The notes: a model not told the origin generated them from the letters alone. A stretch of 64,000 nt of DNA from Candidatus Omnitrophota bacterium (GCA_029261065.1 JAJDCB010000030.1:48196-112195); one strand, 5' to 3'. Counted from the stretch's first letter, positions 10,163 through 18,193 are shown. Made by a program: numbers and translations.

Positions 10163-10381
10163 ATGAAAATAGGTTTTGATAAATTTAACTTGAACCAGAA
10201 ATTATATTCAGTAATTGGTGCTGTTATAGCTATTTTGACTTATATGGTCGACGCTGATAATTTAAATGTTGCGATAGGAATAGCTTTGCTAACTATTATT
10301 TTAGTGTTGATGCTGAAAAATCAATATATTTCTTATTGTCCTAGACACCCCTACCCTTACCTACCCAGATCCATTGACTAA
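10163..10381 (+). CDS. Small two-TM hypothetical protein
   Basis: GGAG RBS, two hydrophobic segments. Confidence 0.45.
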   Translation: MKIGFDKFNLNQKLYSVIGAVIAILTYMVDADNLNVAIGIALLTIILVLMLKNQYISYCPRHPYPYLPRSID

Positions 10382-10429
10382 TTATTAATCATAGAGCATA
10401 CTTGTACTTTAATATTAAAGGGGAGAAGT

Positions 10430-11128
10430 ATGAAGAAAATAGGATTAATGGTCATAGGAATGTTGCTTTTTATAGTTAGCAATGCATGTGCTGTAATATT
10501 TGTGCATACAAGCGATTTTATTGTAAATTCTGATAGAACTAATTTTAATGGTTTTGAAGGCTTATCAACCCCGGGAACTGGTCAAATTTTAGCAAATGGT
10601 GTGTTTATATTAAATGATCCTTCTGAAGCAACTTACGAAGAAGATGGAATTGTAGTGACCCAGATTTTTGATCAATTTGTAGCGGGAAATGAAAGTTTTG
10701 GAATCTGGACTACACATTTTCCATCAGAAGGAACAAGAGATTGGTATCCTAATGGAGGAGATGATGGATATACGCGAATTACTAGATTGGGAGATTTAGA
10801 TTTTTTCAATGTTGGTTTTGATGTATCAAGTGGGACTGGAGGAAATAAATATCTTTTCATCCTATTGAATGATGGATCTATTGTTAGTCAAGGAAATGTC
10901 AATCGTCCAAATGGTCATAGTTATCTGGGCTTTTCTCATGGAGGTTTTGATGAAATATTGGTTAGATCAATAGATTCACCTTTAAGTAATCCAGAATTCT
11001 ATGATATGAGTTTGAACGGATTAAGCATTGATGAAATTGAACTTTCAGGTGTAATACCAGAGCCTACATCAATTATACTATTGGGAATTGGTTTAAGTGG
11101 AGCAGGTTTCTTTAGAAGAAAAAGATGA
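10430..11128 (+). CDS. PEP-CTERM sorting domain protein
   Basis: Signal peptide; C-terminus VIPEPTSIILLGIGLSGAGFFRRKR. Confidence 0.9.
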   Translation: MKKIGLMVIGMLLFIVSNACAVIFVHTSDFIVNSDRTNFNGFEGLSTPGTGQILANGVFILNDPSEATYEEDGIVVTQIFDQFVAGNESFGIWTTHFPSEGTRDWYPNGGDDGYTRITRLGDLDFFNVGFDVSSGTGGNKYLFILLNDGSIVSQGNVNRPNGHSYLGFSHGGFDEILVRSIDSPLSNPEFYDMSLNGLSIDEIELSGVIPEPTSIILLGIGLSGAGFFRRKR

Positions 11129-11182
11129 AGAGATTGTTACTAATATGTATAACAGAAAAAAGCAGTATCAGAAATCTCTAAT

Positions 11183-11233
11183 TATCGCTATCTTTACTTT
11201 GAAAACGGCATCCTAACCTCTTGGCAAGACTAG
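11183..11233 (+). pseudogene. Orphan 3' fragment of a small lipoprotein-type gene
   Basis: Reads YRYLYFENGILTSWQD* without a start; resembles TVTFKNELVSSWGD of ORF 12081. Confidence 0.4.
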
Positions 11234-11240
11234 GTTAATC

Positions 11241-11429
11241 ATGGACACTATTATTTCTATAATCTGCTTAGTAGCAATTATCACTCTCTTTGTGCTATTG
11301 TTTTCAATCAACGCAACATTGAAAAACATCCTTGAAGAAATGTACAAGCAAAACGGAACAACCCCCCCATCAAATTTTGACTCTCAAGGGTTCTCTTCCC
11401 AACCCCCTGCCAATAAAGATGATTATTAA
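11241..11429 (+). CDS. Small single-TM hypothetical protein
   Basis: 62 aa, N-terminal hydrophobic helix. Confidence 0.5.
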   Translation: MDTIISIICLVAIITLFVLLFSINATLKNILEEMYKQNGTTPPSNFDSQGFSSQPPANKDDY

Positions 11430-11624
11430 ATCAACTGTTATCGCTATCTAACCTATTTTGTATTTAGGGCTTACTTGATGTAGGGAATCATCCTAAAGGT
11501 GCCAAAACTAATTATTAAGAGCCCCGGAGGAAAAAATATTTAAATTCATTAGATGAGTTGTTATAATAACTTCGTAAAGAGGTTGGTATTGTTTTTTATT
11601 GTTATTTACAGTGAGGGGGTTATT

Positions 11625-11933
11625 ATGCCGTTTAAAAGTGGTGTTAGTGGGAATCCTAATGGTCGTCCCAAGGGTAGCAGTTATTTTTCCAAGAAAGAGT
11701 TAGAAGAAGCTATAAGAAAGGTTGAGGGTGAGAATAAGGAAAATCTTTATGAGCATTTTGTAAGGCGTGCCTTTTTGAATGACAGGGTGCTGACAGTGTT
11801 AATGAATAAATTAGTGTCTGATGTTAGAAATGTTGAAATTGATAGTGATATCGATTTGATAAATGAAGAGTTAGAGTTTTTTCATGGAGAAAAAAAAGGA
11901 GATATGAAACGATTCGAGAAGTTTTATCAGTGA
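11625..11933 (+). CDS. DUF5681 / small-terminase-like protein
   Basis: MPFKSGVSGNPNGRPKGS motif; GAGGGGG RBS before ATG 11625. Confidence 0.7.
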   Translation: MPFKSGVSGNPNGRPKGSSYFSKKELEEAIRKVEGENKENLYEHFVRRAFLNDRVLTVLMNKLVSDVRNVEIDSDIDLINEELEFFHGEKKGDMKRFEKFYQ

Positions 11934-12080
11934 TTTATTTTTTTAATTATTATACACTCTCTAATGCTAAAATTGTTTTTGACGGGATGAAGGGATCTGG
12001 CACTTTGTTTTCAAGCAAAGTCTTCGCCAAGATATATAAAGTTTCATTTCGTTTAGAGGAATACAAATAAGGAGATAAGT

Positions 12081-12509
12081 ATGAAAAACCTAATACTCGT
12101 ATTCACGTGCCTATTAATCATCGGATGCGCGACAACTAGCATTGGGAAAAAGTCTGCAATGCTTAGGATTGGAATGACAAAAGATGAAGTAATTGAGATT
12201 TTAGGAACTCCAAAGACAACTTCAGTTAAGGAAAAAAGCGATGGTGTTGTTGAAAAATGGTCATATTGGTCAAAAATGTTTTACGGCACTATTATTCTTG
12301 ATGATCCTAACATGGCAGGAGCAGGAAACCGCATAACTGTAACTTTCAAAAACGAACTTGTTTCATCTTGGGGGGATCAGCTAGATTATTCAGACATCAT
12401 GGAAAATTCTACTCAATTAATGGGTGAATATATGAAAAATATGCCTACTATTCAGGTTGAGCAAAAAGTTTATGACGGCGATAGGCAAGATGCTAAAGAG
12501 CAAGAATGA
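12081..12509 (+). CDS. Lipoprotein, SmpA/OmlA(BamE)-like domain
   Basis: Lipobox IIGC; LRIGMTKDEVIEILGTP motif. Confidence 0.75.
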   Translation: MKNLILVFTCLLIIGCATTSIGKKSAMLRIGMTKDEVIEILGTPKTTSVKEKSDGVVEKWSYWSKMFYGTIILDDPNMAGAGNRITVTFKNELVSSWGDQLDYSDIMENSTQLMGEYMKNMPTIQVEQKVYDGDRQDAKEQE

Positions 12510-12534
12510 ACGTAAAAGGGAGTAAGAGTAAGGG

Positions 12535-12561
12535 TGGAGTTCCCCCGATAAAATGGACACA
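12535..12561. mobile_element. Isolated IS3-like terminal inverted repeat remnant
   Basis: TGGAGTTCCCCCGATAAAATGGACACA resembles IS3-family ends; no transposase nearby. Confidence 0.35.
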
Positions 12562-12575
12562 AACATGGGTGAATA

Positions 12576-13253
12576 ATGGATGAAAAAACTCCTTGGGGAA
12601 AATTACATGAGGAATGCATAATCCACGATTTTGATAATTTTGTAAAATATTTTGATGATGAGTTAGCTTCAGTTGTATTGTCGTTGGTTATTTGTGCTAA
12701 TGATTTAAAAATTTGTTTAGATTTGATTTTTACTGAAAAAAATGAATTCCCACATAAGGCGAACTATTTTTTTAAATTAGCAATATCACATCTTAGAGAG
12801 CTGGCTACAGTAGTTGGGAAAAAAGGAGAATTGGTTCAAAATTTTCTTCAAAGACATAATGATAAAACACTTTTAGAAAGTTGGAAAATTCTAGAAGATA
12901 ATTTGGCTAATTATGAAGGGCTTGTCAAAGATGTGTTAAAGGAAGTTAGAGATGATGCTTTTCATTATGAGTATTCGAAGGAAACTGTGAGTGCTTTAAA
13001 AAATTTTGATAAATTACAGGTTGCCTATCAAAAAAAGGGGGTTTTCAAAGAAAATCCAATAGGTCAGGTTTATTTGTTTGGGCATAAGGTGTCAGGGACG
13101 ATAATGAATGTTCATTTAGATAAAAAAAGTGTCCAGAAAATGAGTGAGGCTTCAAGTAATCTTTTTACATTTGTGGATAGTCTATTACATATTGCACAAC
13201 AAGAAGATGTATATTTGAGGAGTCTTGTAAAGAAACTAACAAAGAATAATTAA
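12576..13253 (+). CDS. HEPN-like (AbiU2-like) protein
   Basis: Helical cytoplasmic protein with Rx4H motif (RDDAFH). Confidence 0.55.
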   Translation: MDEKTPWGKLHEECIIHDFDNFVKYFDDELASVVLSLVICANDLKICLDLIFTEKNEFPHKANYFFKLAISHLRELATVVGKKGELVQNFLQRHNDKTLLESWKILEDNLANYEGLVKDVLKEVRDDAFHYEYSKETVSALKNFDKLQVAYQKKGVFKENPIGQVYLFGHKVSGTIMNVHLDKKSVQKMSEASSNLFTFVDSLLHIAQQEDVYLRSLVKKLTKNN

Positions 13254-13324
13254 TTTATTTGGAAAAGCCTATTTTCAACTATTTAACAAAATCATAACAC
13301 AACTATTTATTAAGAGGGGTATTT

Positions 13325-13834
13325 ATGAGAATAAAGGAAATACACAAGATTGTTTATTTGTTAATTACGGTTGTGATAGTAAGTGGTTGTTCTGCTATTA
13401 GAAATCATAGGAATTTTCAGCAACCATTAGAACAAAGCCTTACAGCATCTGTAGGTTCTGCTCTTGTGAGAATGAATCGGATTGGAGATTTACCAAACGC
13501 CTATGGTGGTAGAGATATTTATGGTGGAAAGGTTGATAAAGGTTATGTAGAGGTGAAATTAGTAGAAATCACCGATACTAAGGGATTAACCTTAAGTGTT
13601 AGTGATGTTGCTGTCCAATCGACTGAATCAACAATGACTAGATATGTAAATCCGAAATTAGTTGATGTAACTCAAAATGTTAACATTAGTTCTTCTGATA
13701 ATAGTAGTACAATTGTTGAAATTGATGGGAATGCTGAAAACGAATATGTTATTGGTGGTGTAAAAATAACATTTTTAGAAATAAGGAAATCATCAATAGT
13801 TTATACCATTGAAGATCTAATGGCGGTTAAATAA
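13325..13834 (+). CDS. Hypothetical lipoprotein
   Basis: Lipobox VSGC, RBS GAGGGG. Confidence 0.7.
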   Translation: MRIKEIHKIVYLLITVVIVSGCSAIRNHRNFQQPLEQSLTASVGSALVRMNRIGDLPNAYGGRDIYGGKVDKGYVEVKLVEITDTKGLTLSVSDVAVQSTESTMTRYVNPKLVDVTQNVNISSSDNSSTIVEIDGNAENEYVIGGVKITFLEIRKSSIVYTIEDLMAVK

Positions 13835-13847
13835 AAATATGTTAATA

Positions 13848-13907
13848 TTAACCTATGCAATGGGCGAGGGAAGAAGTTCTAACTTGGCTTAACCACCGAC
13901 CACATTT
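13848..13907 (-). repeat. Degenerate att-like site encoding an LSR tail (copy 1)
   Basis: 21/30 match to the 16.83-16.86 kb site; antisense reads KCGRWLSQVRTSSLAHCIG*. Confidence 0.65.
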
Positions 13908-14122
13908 GTTATAACCCGTTGCAGTGTAATAAATTGCAGCGTGTTATTTTTATAATATAAATCCGACCAAACTAAGATGTCATGTAAGTTTGGTCTTGAC
14001 AAGGTGATTTCTTTAAAATAAACAGTGACAGGCACGGATTAAGGCAAGGCTGCGAGGCGGATCGGAAAAGAATGCCTGGCACTCATTATTTTTAAACGAA
14101 ATTATCTTCTATTTCTGATTTC

Positions 14123-14485
14123 ATGAAATTTAAAAATATTATTACATCTTTCCTTCAATATGGACTTGCTATATATGTTTTTATTATTATGGCATTTATA
14201 ATTTCCTTTAAATTAACAGAAGCGGTTTTGGAACCTTTTTATTGTCAACGATTGTTAGTATATGTTACAGGTATATGGATTGTAATGATGTTTCTTTTGA
14301 TAATCATTCATTATAAAATTATTTACCCTTATTCTCGTAGTAGTCCTATTAAAGGTCTTGTAATCCTTGCTTTGATTTTAAATTTTGTCACTTATATAAT
14401 TTCTTCAGGAGACTTTGGGAGTGAGTGTGGGAAGGCTTGGCTTGAATGCAACCAGGGAAATTGCAAAAAATCGAGTGAATTTTAA
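14123..14485 (+). CDS. Hypothetical membrane protein
   Basis: Three TM helices, Cys-rich C-terminus. Confidence 0.6.
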   Translation: MKFKNIITSFLQYGLAIYVFIIMAFIISFKLTEAVLEPFYCQRLLVYVTGIWIVMMFLLIIIHYKIIYPYSRSSPIKGLVILALILNFVTYIISSGDFGSECGKAWLECNQGNCKKSSEF

Positions 14486-14504
14486 TAAGTTTGTTTAGTG
14501 TTCA

Positions 14505-14552
14505 TTAATGAAGCAAACAGGTTCTAACCTGTTTCAGCCAGCCACCCTTATT
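14505..14552 (-). repeat. att-like site encoding an LSR tail (copy 2)
   Basis: 14511-14547 is 36/37 identical to 16824-16860; antisense reads NKGGWLKQVRTCLLH*. Confidence 0.85.
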
Positions 14553-14634
14553 TTGTCTAACATGTTGGTATGCATGAGGTTAACTATATGCTCCTGACGA
14601 GATAGGTGGAAAGATTTTAAGAAGGAATGCCGAG

Positions 14635-15000
14635 ATGAAAAAGCCTCTAGTATGGATTGTTCTTATTGTTGTGATTGGTGTTTGTGTTTACAAAGCAAAT
14701 GAATTCAATGAAAATTATAAGAAGGGAATGAGTCGAGTAAAGTATGTCCCTCCTCATGAAAATGCGACGATTGATGAAGTGGAAAAGAAAATTGGAGACA
14801 AATTAACTATTACTAAGAAAGAGAATATCATTTTTGGAGTTGCTGAAGAACCAATGGGAATTTATATGGGTTCAGGTCCTCCTGTGTATATATTTGATGA
14901 GAACAATACACTAATTGATTACACATTAGATAGAGGGGATGATTTAAAATTTAGAAGAAGATGGTACATAGATAAAAAAGGTAATTCAACTGAAAATTAA
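14635..15000 (+). CDS. Membrane-anchored/exported hypothetical protein
   Basis: N-terminal hydrophobic helix, AAGGA RBS. Confidence 0.65.
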   Translation: MKKPLVWIVLIVVIGVCVYKANEFNENYKKGMSRVKYVPPHENATIDEVEKKIGDKLTITKKENIIFGVAEEPMGIYMGSGPPVYIFDENNTLIDYTLDRGDDLKFRRRWYIDKKGNSTEN

Positions 15001-15082
15001 TTTTGGATTAAAGTATTCAACAAGTTTTCTGACATTAAGCTCGTCAACGAAGCGACCTTTATTCCTAACTAAAGGAAATACA

Positions 15083-15769
15083 ATGAATAAATTATTATTC
15101 CTCTTTGTGTTATTATCCCTTTCTTCAAATGTTTTTGCAGAATCAATAAATTCTTCACCTAAAGAAGTTTCCAGATCTGAAATAATTGAAAAACTATCAG
15201 CAATTAACTCTTTATATTACGAGATGACATCAAGAACTTCATCGGACACGCCGTTACCGGGTGGCGATGCAATTTCTGATGAAAAAGTGTGGTTTAAGGA
15301 AGGCTACTGGCGTACAGATATTCATTCAGAATCCGCTAATGCAAAGAAAAGAATAAATATTTCAACACCGGAAGCAAGTTATTTCTATAATTCATTTTCA
15401 GATGAAACAAAAAAAAGAGACGGGGGAGCAGGACAGGATTTAAAGAATTTCTTATTTCGATTCTTCTTTGCAACGCTAAAAAGAGAGGAGTCTTTTAAAA
15501 TATTAGGAACAGAGGAGATAGATGGTAAGATTACTACGATACTAGAAATTATTCAAAGTCCTAAGAAGATGAATGTGGAAGGTCAAGATATCAGTATAAA
15601 GGAGAAAAGAATTAAAGTTTGGATTTGGAATGAGAAAGGTGTACCACTCAAACAAGAAGAAAAGTGGCAGGATAATGATTTTCCAATAGAGTATACAACA
15701 ATGATTACATATAAAAATTATAGTTTTGATGAAATACCAAGTGAAATATTTGATATATTAAAAGAATAA
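15083..15769 (+). CDS. Exported LolA-like/outer-membrane lipoprotein-sorting-type protein
   Basis: Signal peptide; ILGTEEIDGK, KVWIW..GVPLK, IPSEIFD motifs typical of LolA-fold proteins. Confidence 0.6.
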   Translation: MNKLLFLFVLLSLSSNVFAESINSSPKEVSRSEIIEKLSAINSLYYEMTSRTSSDTPLPGGDAISDEKVWFKEGYWRTDIHSESANAKKRINISTPEASYFYNSFSDETKKRDGGAGQDLKNFLFRFFFATLKREESFKILGTEEIDGKITTILEIIQSPKKMNVEGQDISIKEKRIKVWIWNEKGVPLKQEEKWQDNDFPIEYTTMITYKNYSFDEIPSEIFDILKE

Positions 15770-15850
15770 TTTAGCGTTCAAATTAATTTTTTATTGCGTC
15801 AATTTCGTGTATTATTTGGATGTTATGAAACTTTTTTGTTTGGAGGCCAG

Positions 15851-16798
15851 ATGACGAATAAATCTAATAATCTAAAAAGCATTCAGACAGTTTTTATTCC
15901 CCTAACTACAAAAATTATTTTAATTTTAATTTTAATTTTTTGTTTTTACTCTTCTTCATTTGGGCAGGATATTTCAAATATGGAGGAGCGAATAAAGAAT
16001 GCTCAGATATTTTATGTTAATGAGCAAGTCAATAAGAAGCCTGAAATATATGAAGGGGATAGGTTGGTTTGTAAACTAAAATCGGCAGAAATATATTACG
16101 CTGGTCAAAAAAGCATTAATTATTTGAGCAATGAGACCAGTCAAAAATCTACTGAAGAGTTGCGCTTTAAGTTAGAAATTTTTGGTCCAGAAAAATATAA
16201 TCTTATCCCCAGAGAACGATTATCAAGCAGTGTTATAAAAGGTGGGAAAATAACAATCGCAGAAGATGAAATAGGTAAGAATCTTGTGAGCAATAAATCT
16301 TCAATATCACATGATTCAAATTATTATACTTTTACTCAACATCCTATAACAATGCATGGAGAAGCAACCATTACTGGGCTTCAATTGCCTTCTAAGGATG
16401 CGAAAATATTAAAATTGTTAGAAGGTTATTTAACTGTCCACAATGCAGAACAGACAAGTGAGAAAGAATTGAATCCTTTAATAGGTAATGTAGGAAAAGG
16501 CATTGCGATTAATGAAGAAGCAGAAATTACATTTAAAGTTTATGATGATAATGTTGAATACATTTTAGAGTGGGAGGAGGGTCAAGATAAGCCGTATCTT
16601 GATATAGAGTATTATTCGAAAGACGGCACAAAATTAAAGCGTAAAGGTGGGGGGAGTTCAGGAGTTAATAGGAAAATTGAATATCAGCAGAAGTTTGTTG
16701 AGGCATTTCCTCCTGATGCTTACGTTATAATAAAATATCCAAAAAAAGTAAATGAAATTCAAATTTCTTTTTCTTTTAAGGATATTCCTTTACCATAG
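15851..16798 (+). CDS. Exported hypothetical protein
   Basis: GGAGG RBS before ATG 15851, signal-like segment, ends FSFKDIPLP. Confidence 0.65.
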   Translation: MTNKSNNLKSIQTVFIPLTTKIILILILIFCFYSSSFGQDISNMEERIKNAQIFYVNEQVNKKPEIYEGDRLVCKLKSAEIYYAGQKSINYLSNETSQKSTEELRFKLEIFGPEKYNLIPRERLSSSVIKGGKITIAEDEIGKNLVSNKSSISHDSNYYTFTQHPITMHGEATITGLQLPSKDAKILKLLEGYLTVHNAEQTSEKELNPLIGNVGKGIAINEEAEITFKVYDDNVEYILEWEEGQDKPYLDIEYYSKDGTKLKRKGGGSSGVNRKIEYQQKFVEAFPPDAYVIIKYPKKVNEIQISFSFKDIPLP

Positions 16799-16811
16799 TT
16801 ATTGATAATTA

Positions 16812-16864
16812 TTAGTGAGTGGCAAGCAAACAGGTTCTAACCTGCTTCAGCCAGCCACCCCATT
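16812..16864 (-). repeat. attR of island, encoding LSR C-terminal tail
   Basis: CACCCCATT core; antisense reads WGGWLKQVRTCLLATH* in frame with LSR ..KWG. Confidence 0.85.
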
Positions 16865-16873
16865 CTGTTTCAG

Positions 16874-18177
16874 GTCCATACCGGACACATGGGTAACAGT
16901 TTGTACCGGAGACATAGGTTACACTATCTCCGGTGCAAACGGGTACTCTAACGGTTCGACTTTTTTGGTTTCTAAATCAAAAAATCCTAAGTCATAATTC
17001 ATAAAAGTAACAAGCCACACATCATCGTTGATTTCTTTAACACCAACGACCTGTCCAGCAAGAGCACGGCTTAAATTAATTTTGTTTCTTCTAATACAAA
17101 TTCTACCGCAATTTGTTACCGTAACAGTTCTATCATGAAAAGGGTAGTTAAGTTCTTCAATTCCTTTGTAAATGCGAGTTGAAGTCTTATATAATTCGCT
17201 AGGGTATTTCATATCAATGGCTTGATGAGGTCTATCTGTATTAAACTCTTGAATAAAGTTATCGAATTTTTCTTGTTGTTGCAATAAGTTTATTCCTGGA
17301 GGTTTTGTTGCCTCTTGTTTGAGTGTTAAATGCATACGTTCATGTCTTCCATTTTGCTGCGGATTACCTGGCTTAATTCTTTCAATAGCAATACCAAGAC
17401 GTAGCCACCAAACAGAAAGTTTGCTTAATCCAAACAGTGCATTGGCAGAAGAGAATGGGAGGCCATTATCTGTACGAATAGTTTTTGGTAAGCCATATTT
17501 CTGAAAAGTTTGTTTTAAGGTGCTGAAGGCATGGATTTCTTTGGTGCTTTCCTGTCCTTCACAAGCGAGTAAATAGCGACTACAGAAGTCTGTAATCGTT
17601 AAGGGATAACAATAAGTTTTATTGCCAAGCATAAATTCACCTTTGTAATCAGCGCACCATAAGTCATTAGGATTTTGATGTTTTGAAAAAGGAGTCCCCT
17701 GAGGTTTAAATCGTCTTCTTTTTCTTCGTTTGACTAAACCATTTCGATCAAGAACACAATGAATAGTGTTTTTAGCAGGAGTCTTTACTTCTGGATACTT
17801 TCGTTTTAATTGTTCTTGTATTTTAGGAGCACCCCAGGAAGGTTTGTCTTGTTTTATTCTTAAGATTTCATTTTCGATTTGAATTGGTAATTTATTTGCG
17901 TAACGATGCGGCTTCCTGGCTCGATTTGTAAGGCCGTGAAGACCGATATCCTTGTAGCGATTCCAAAATTTATAACCTGTCTTTCGTGAGATATCAAATT
18001 CACGGCAAAGTTCAGACATTTTGTCACCTTGTATTAATCTTCCTATAAATTTCATTTTTTCATCCATAATAACACTCTCTTTCCATGGCATATGTAGTAC
18101 CTCCTTATATGCCATTATTGTATAAAGTGTTACCTATGTCTCCGGTATATTGTGTTACCTATCTCTCAGGAAGCACA
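16874..18177 (-). mobile_element. IS481-family insertion sequence
   Basis: Doubled 18-bp terminal repeats at 16881/16906 and inverted at 18128/18153; right end ..ACA; left boundary approximate. Confidence 0.85.
16919..18091 (-). CDS. IS481-family DDE transposase
   Basis: MPWKE start with AAGGAGG RBS, HTH, WCADYKG, RTDNG, NGRHERMH. Confidence 0.92.
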   Translation of the reverse strand: MPWKESVIMDEKMKFIGRLIQGDKMSELCREFDISRKTGYKFWNRYKDIGLHGLTNRARKPHRYANKLPIQIENEILRIKQDKPSWGAPKIQEQLKRKYPEVKTPAKNTIHCVLDRNGLVKRRKRRRFKPQGTPFSKHQNPNDLWCADYKGEFMLGNKTYCYPLTITDFCSRYLLACEGQESTKEIHAFSTLKQTFQKYGLPKTIRTDNGLPFSSANALFGLSKLSVWWLRLGIAIERIKPGNPQQNGRHERMHLTLKQEATKPPGINLLQQQEKFDNFIQEFNTDRPHQAIDMKYPSELYKTSTRIYKGIEELNYPFHDRTVTVTNCGRICIRRNKINLSRALAGQVVGVKEINDDVWLVTFMNYDLGFFDLETKKVEPLEYPFAPEIV

Positions 18178-18193
18178 CCGAAGGAAAAAACAA

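Larger units (their letters stand above)
4665..16864. mobile_element. LSR integrative element / phage-satellite-like island at tRNA-His 3' end
   Basis: CACCCCATT direct repeat at 4665-4673 and 16856-16864; LSR, HTH, primase-helicase, TerS-like gene; AT-rich cargo. Confidence 0.85.

Noticed and set aside
16824-16862. Second tRNA gene or tRNA pseudogene
   Set aside because: Only a T-loop-like motif and a CCA-like end are present. There is no D or anticodon arm, and the spacing is 5 bp off.
14505-16864. CRISPR array from the 37-bp repeat
   Set aside because: Copies are kilobases apart with genes between them, and there are no cas genes.
4660-16864. Complete prophage or conjugative ICE
   Set aside because: No capsid, portal, tail, lysis, relaxase or T4SS genes.
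13870-16870. Classical integron attC sites (TTCTAAC resembles the R'' box)
   Set aside because: No IntI tyrosine integrase and no consistent paired GTTRRRY right halves. The repeats are better explained as LSR att half-sites.
16815-16997. 60-aa ORF in the track (also 18085-18297)
   Set aside because: These span the att site, IS ends and hairpins, with no RBS or protein-like features. Likely spurious.
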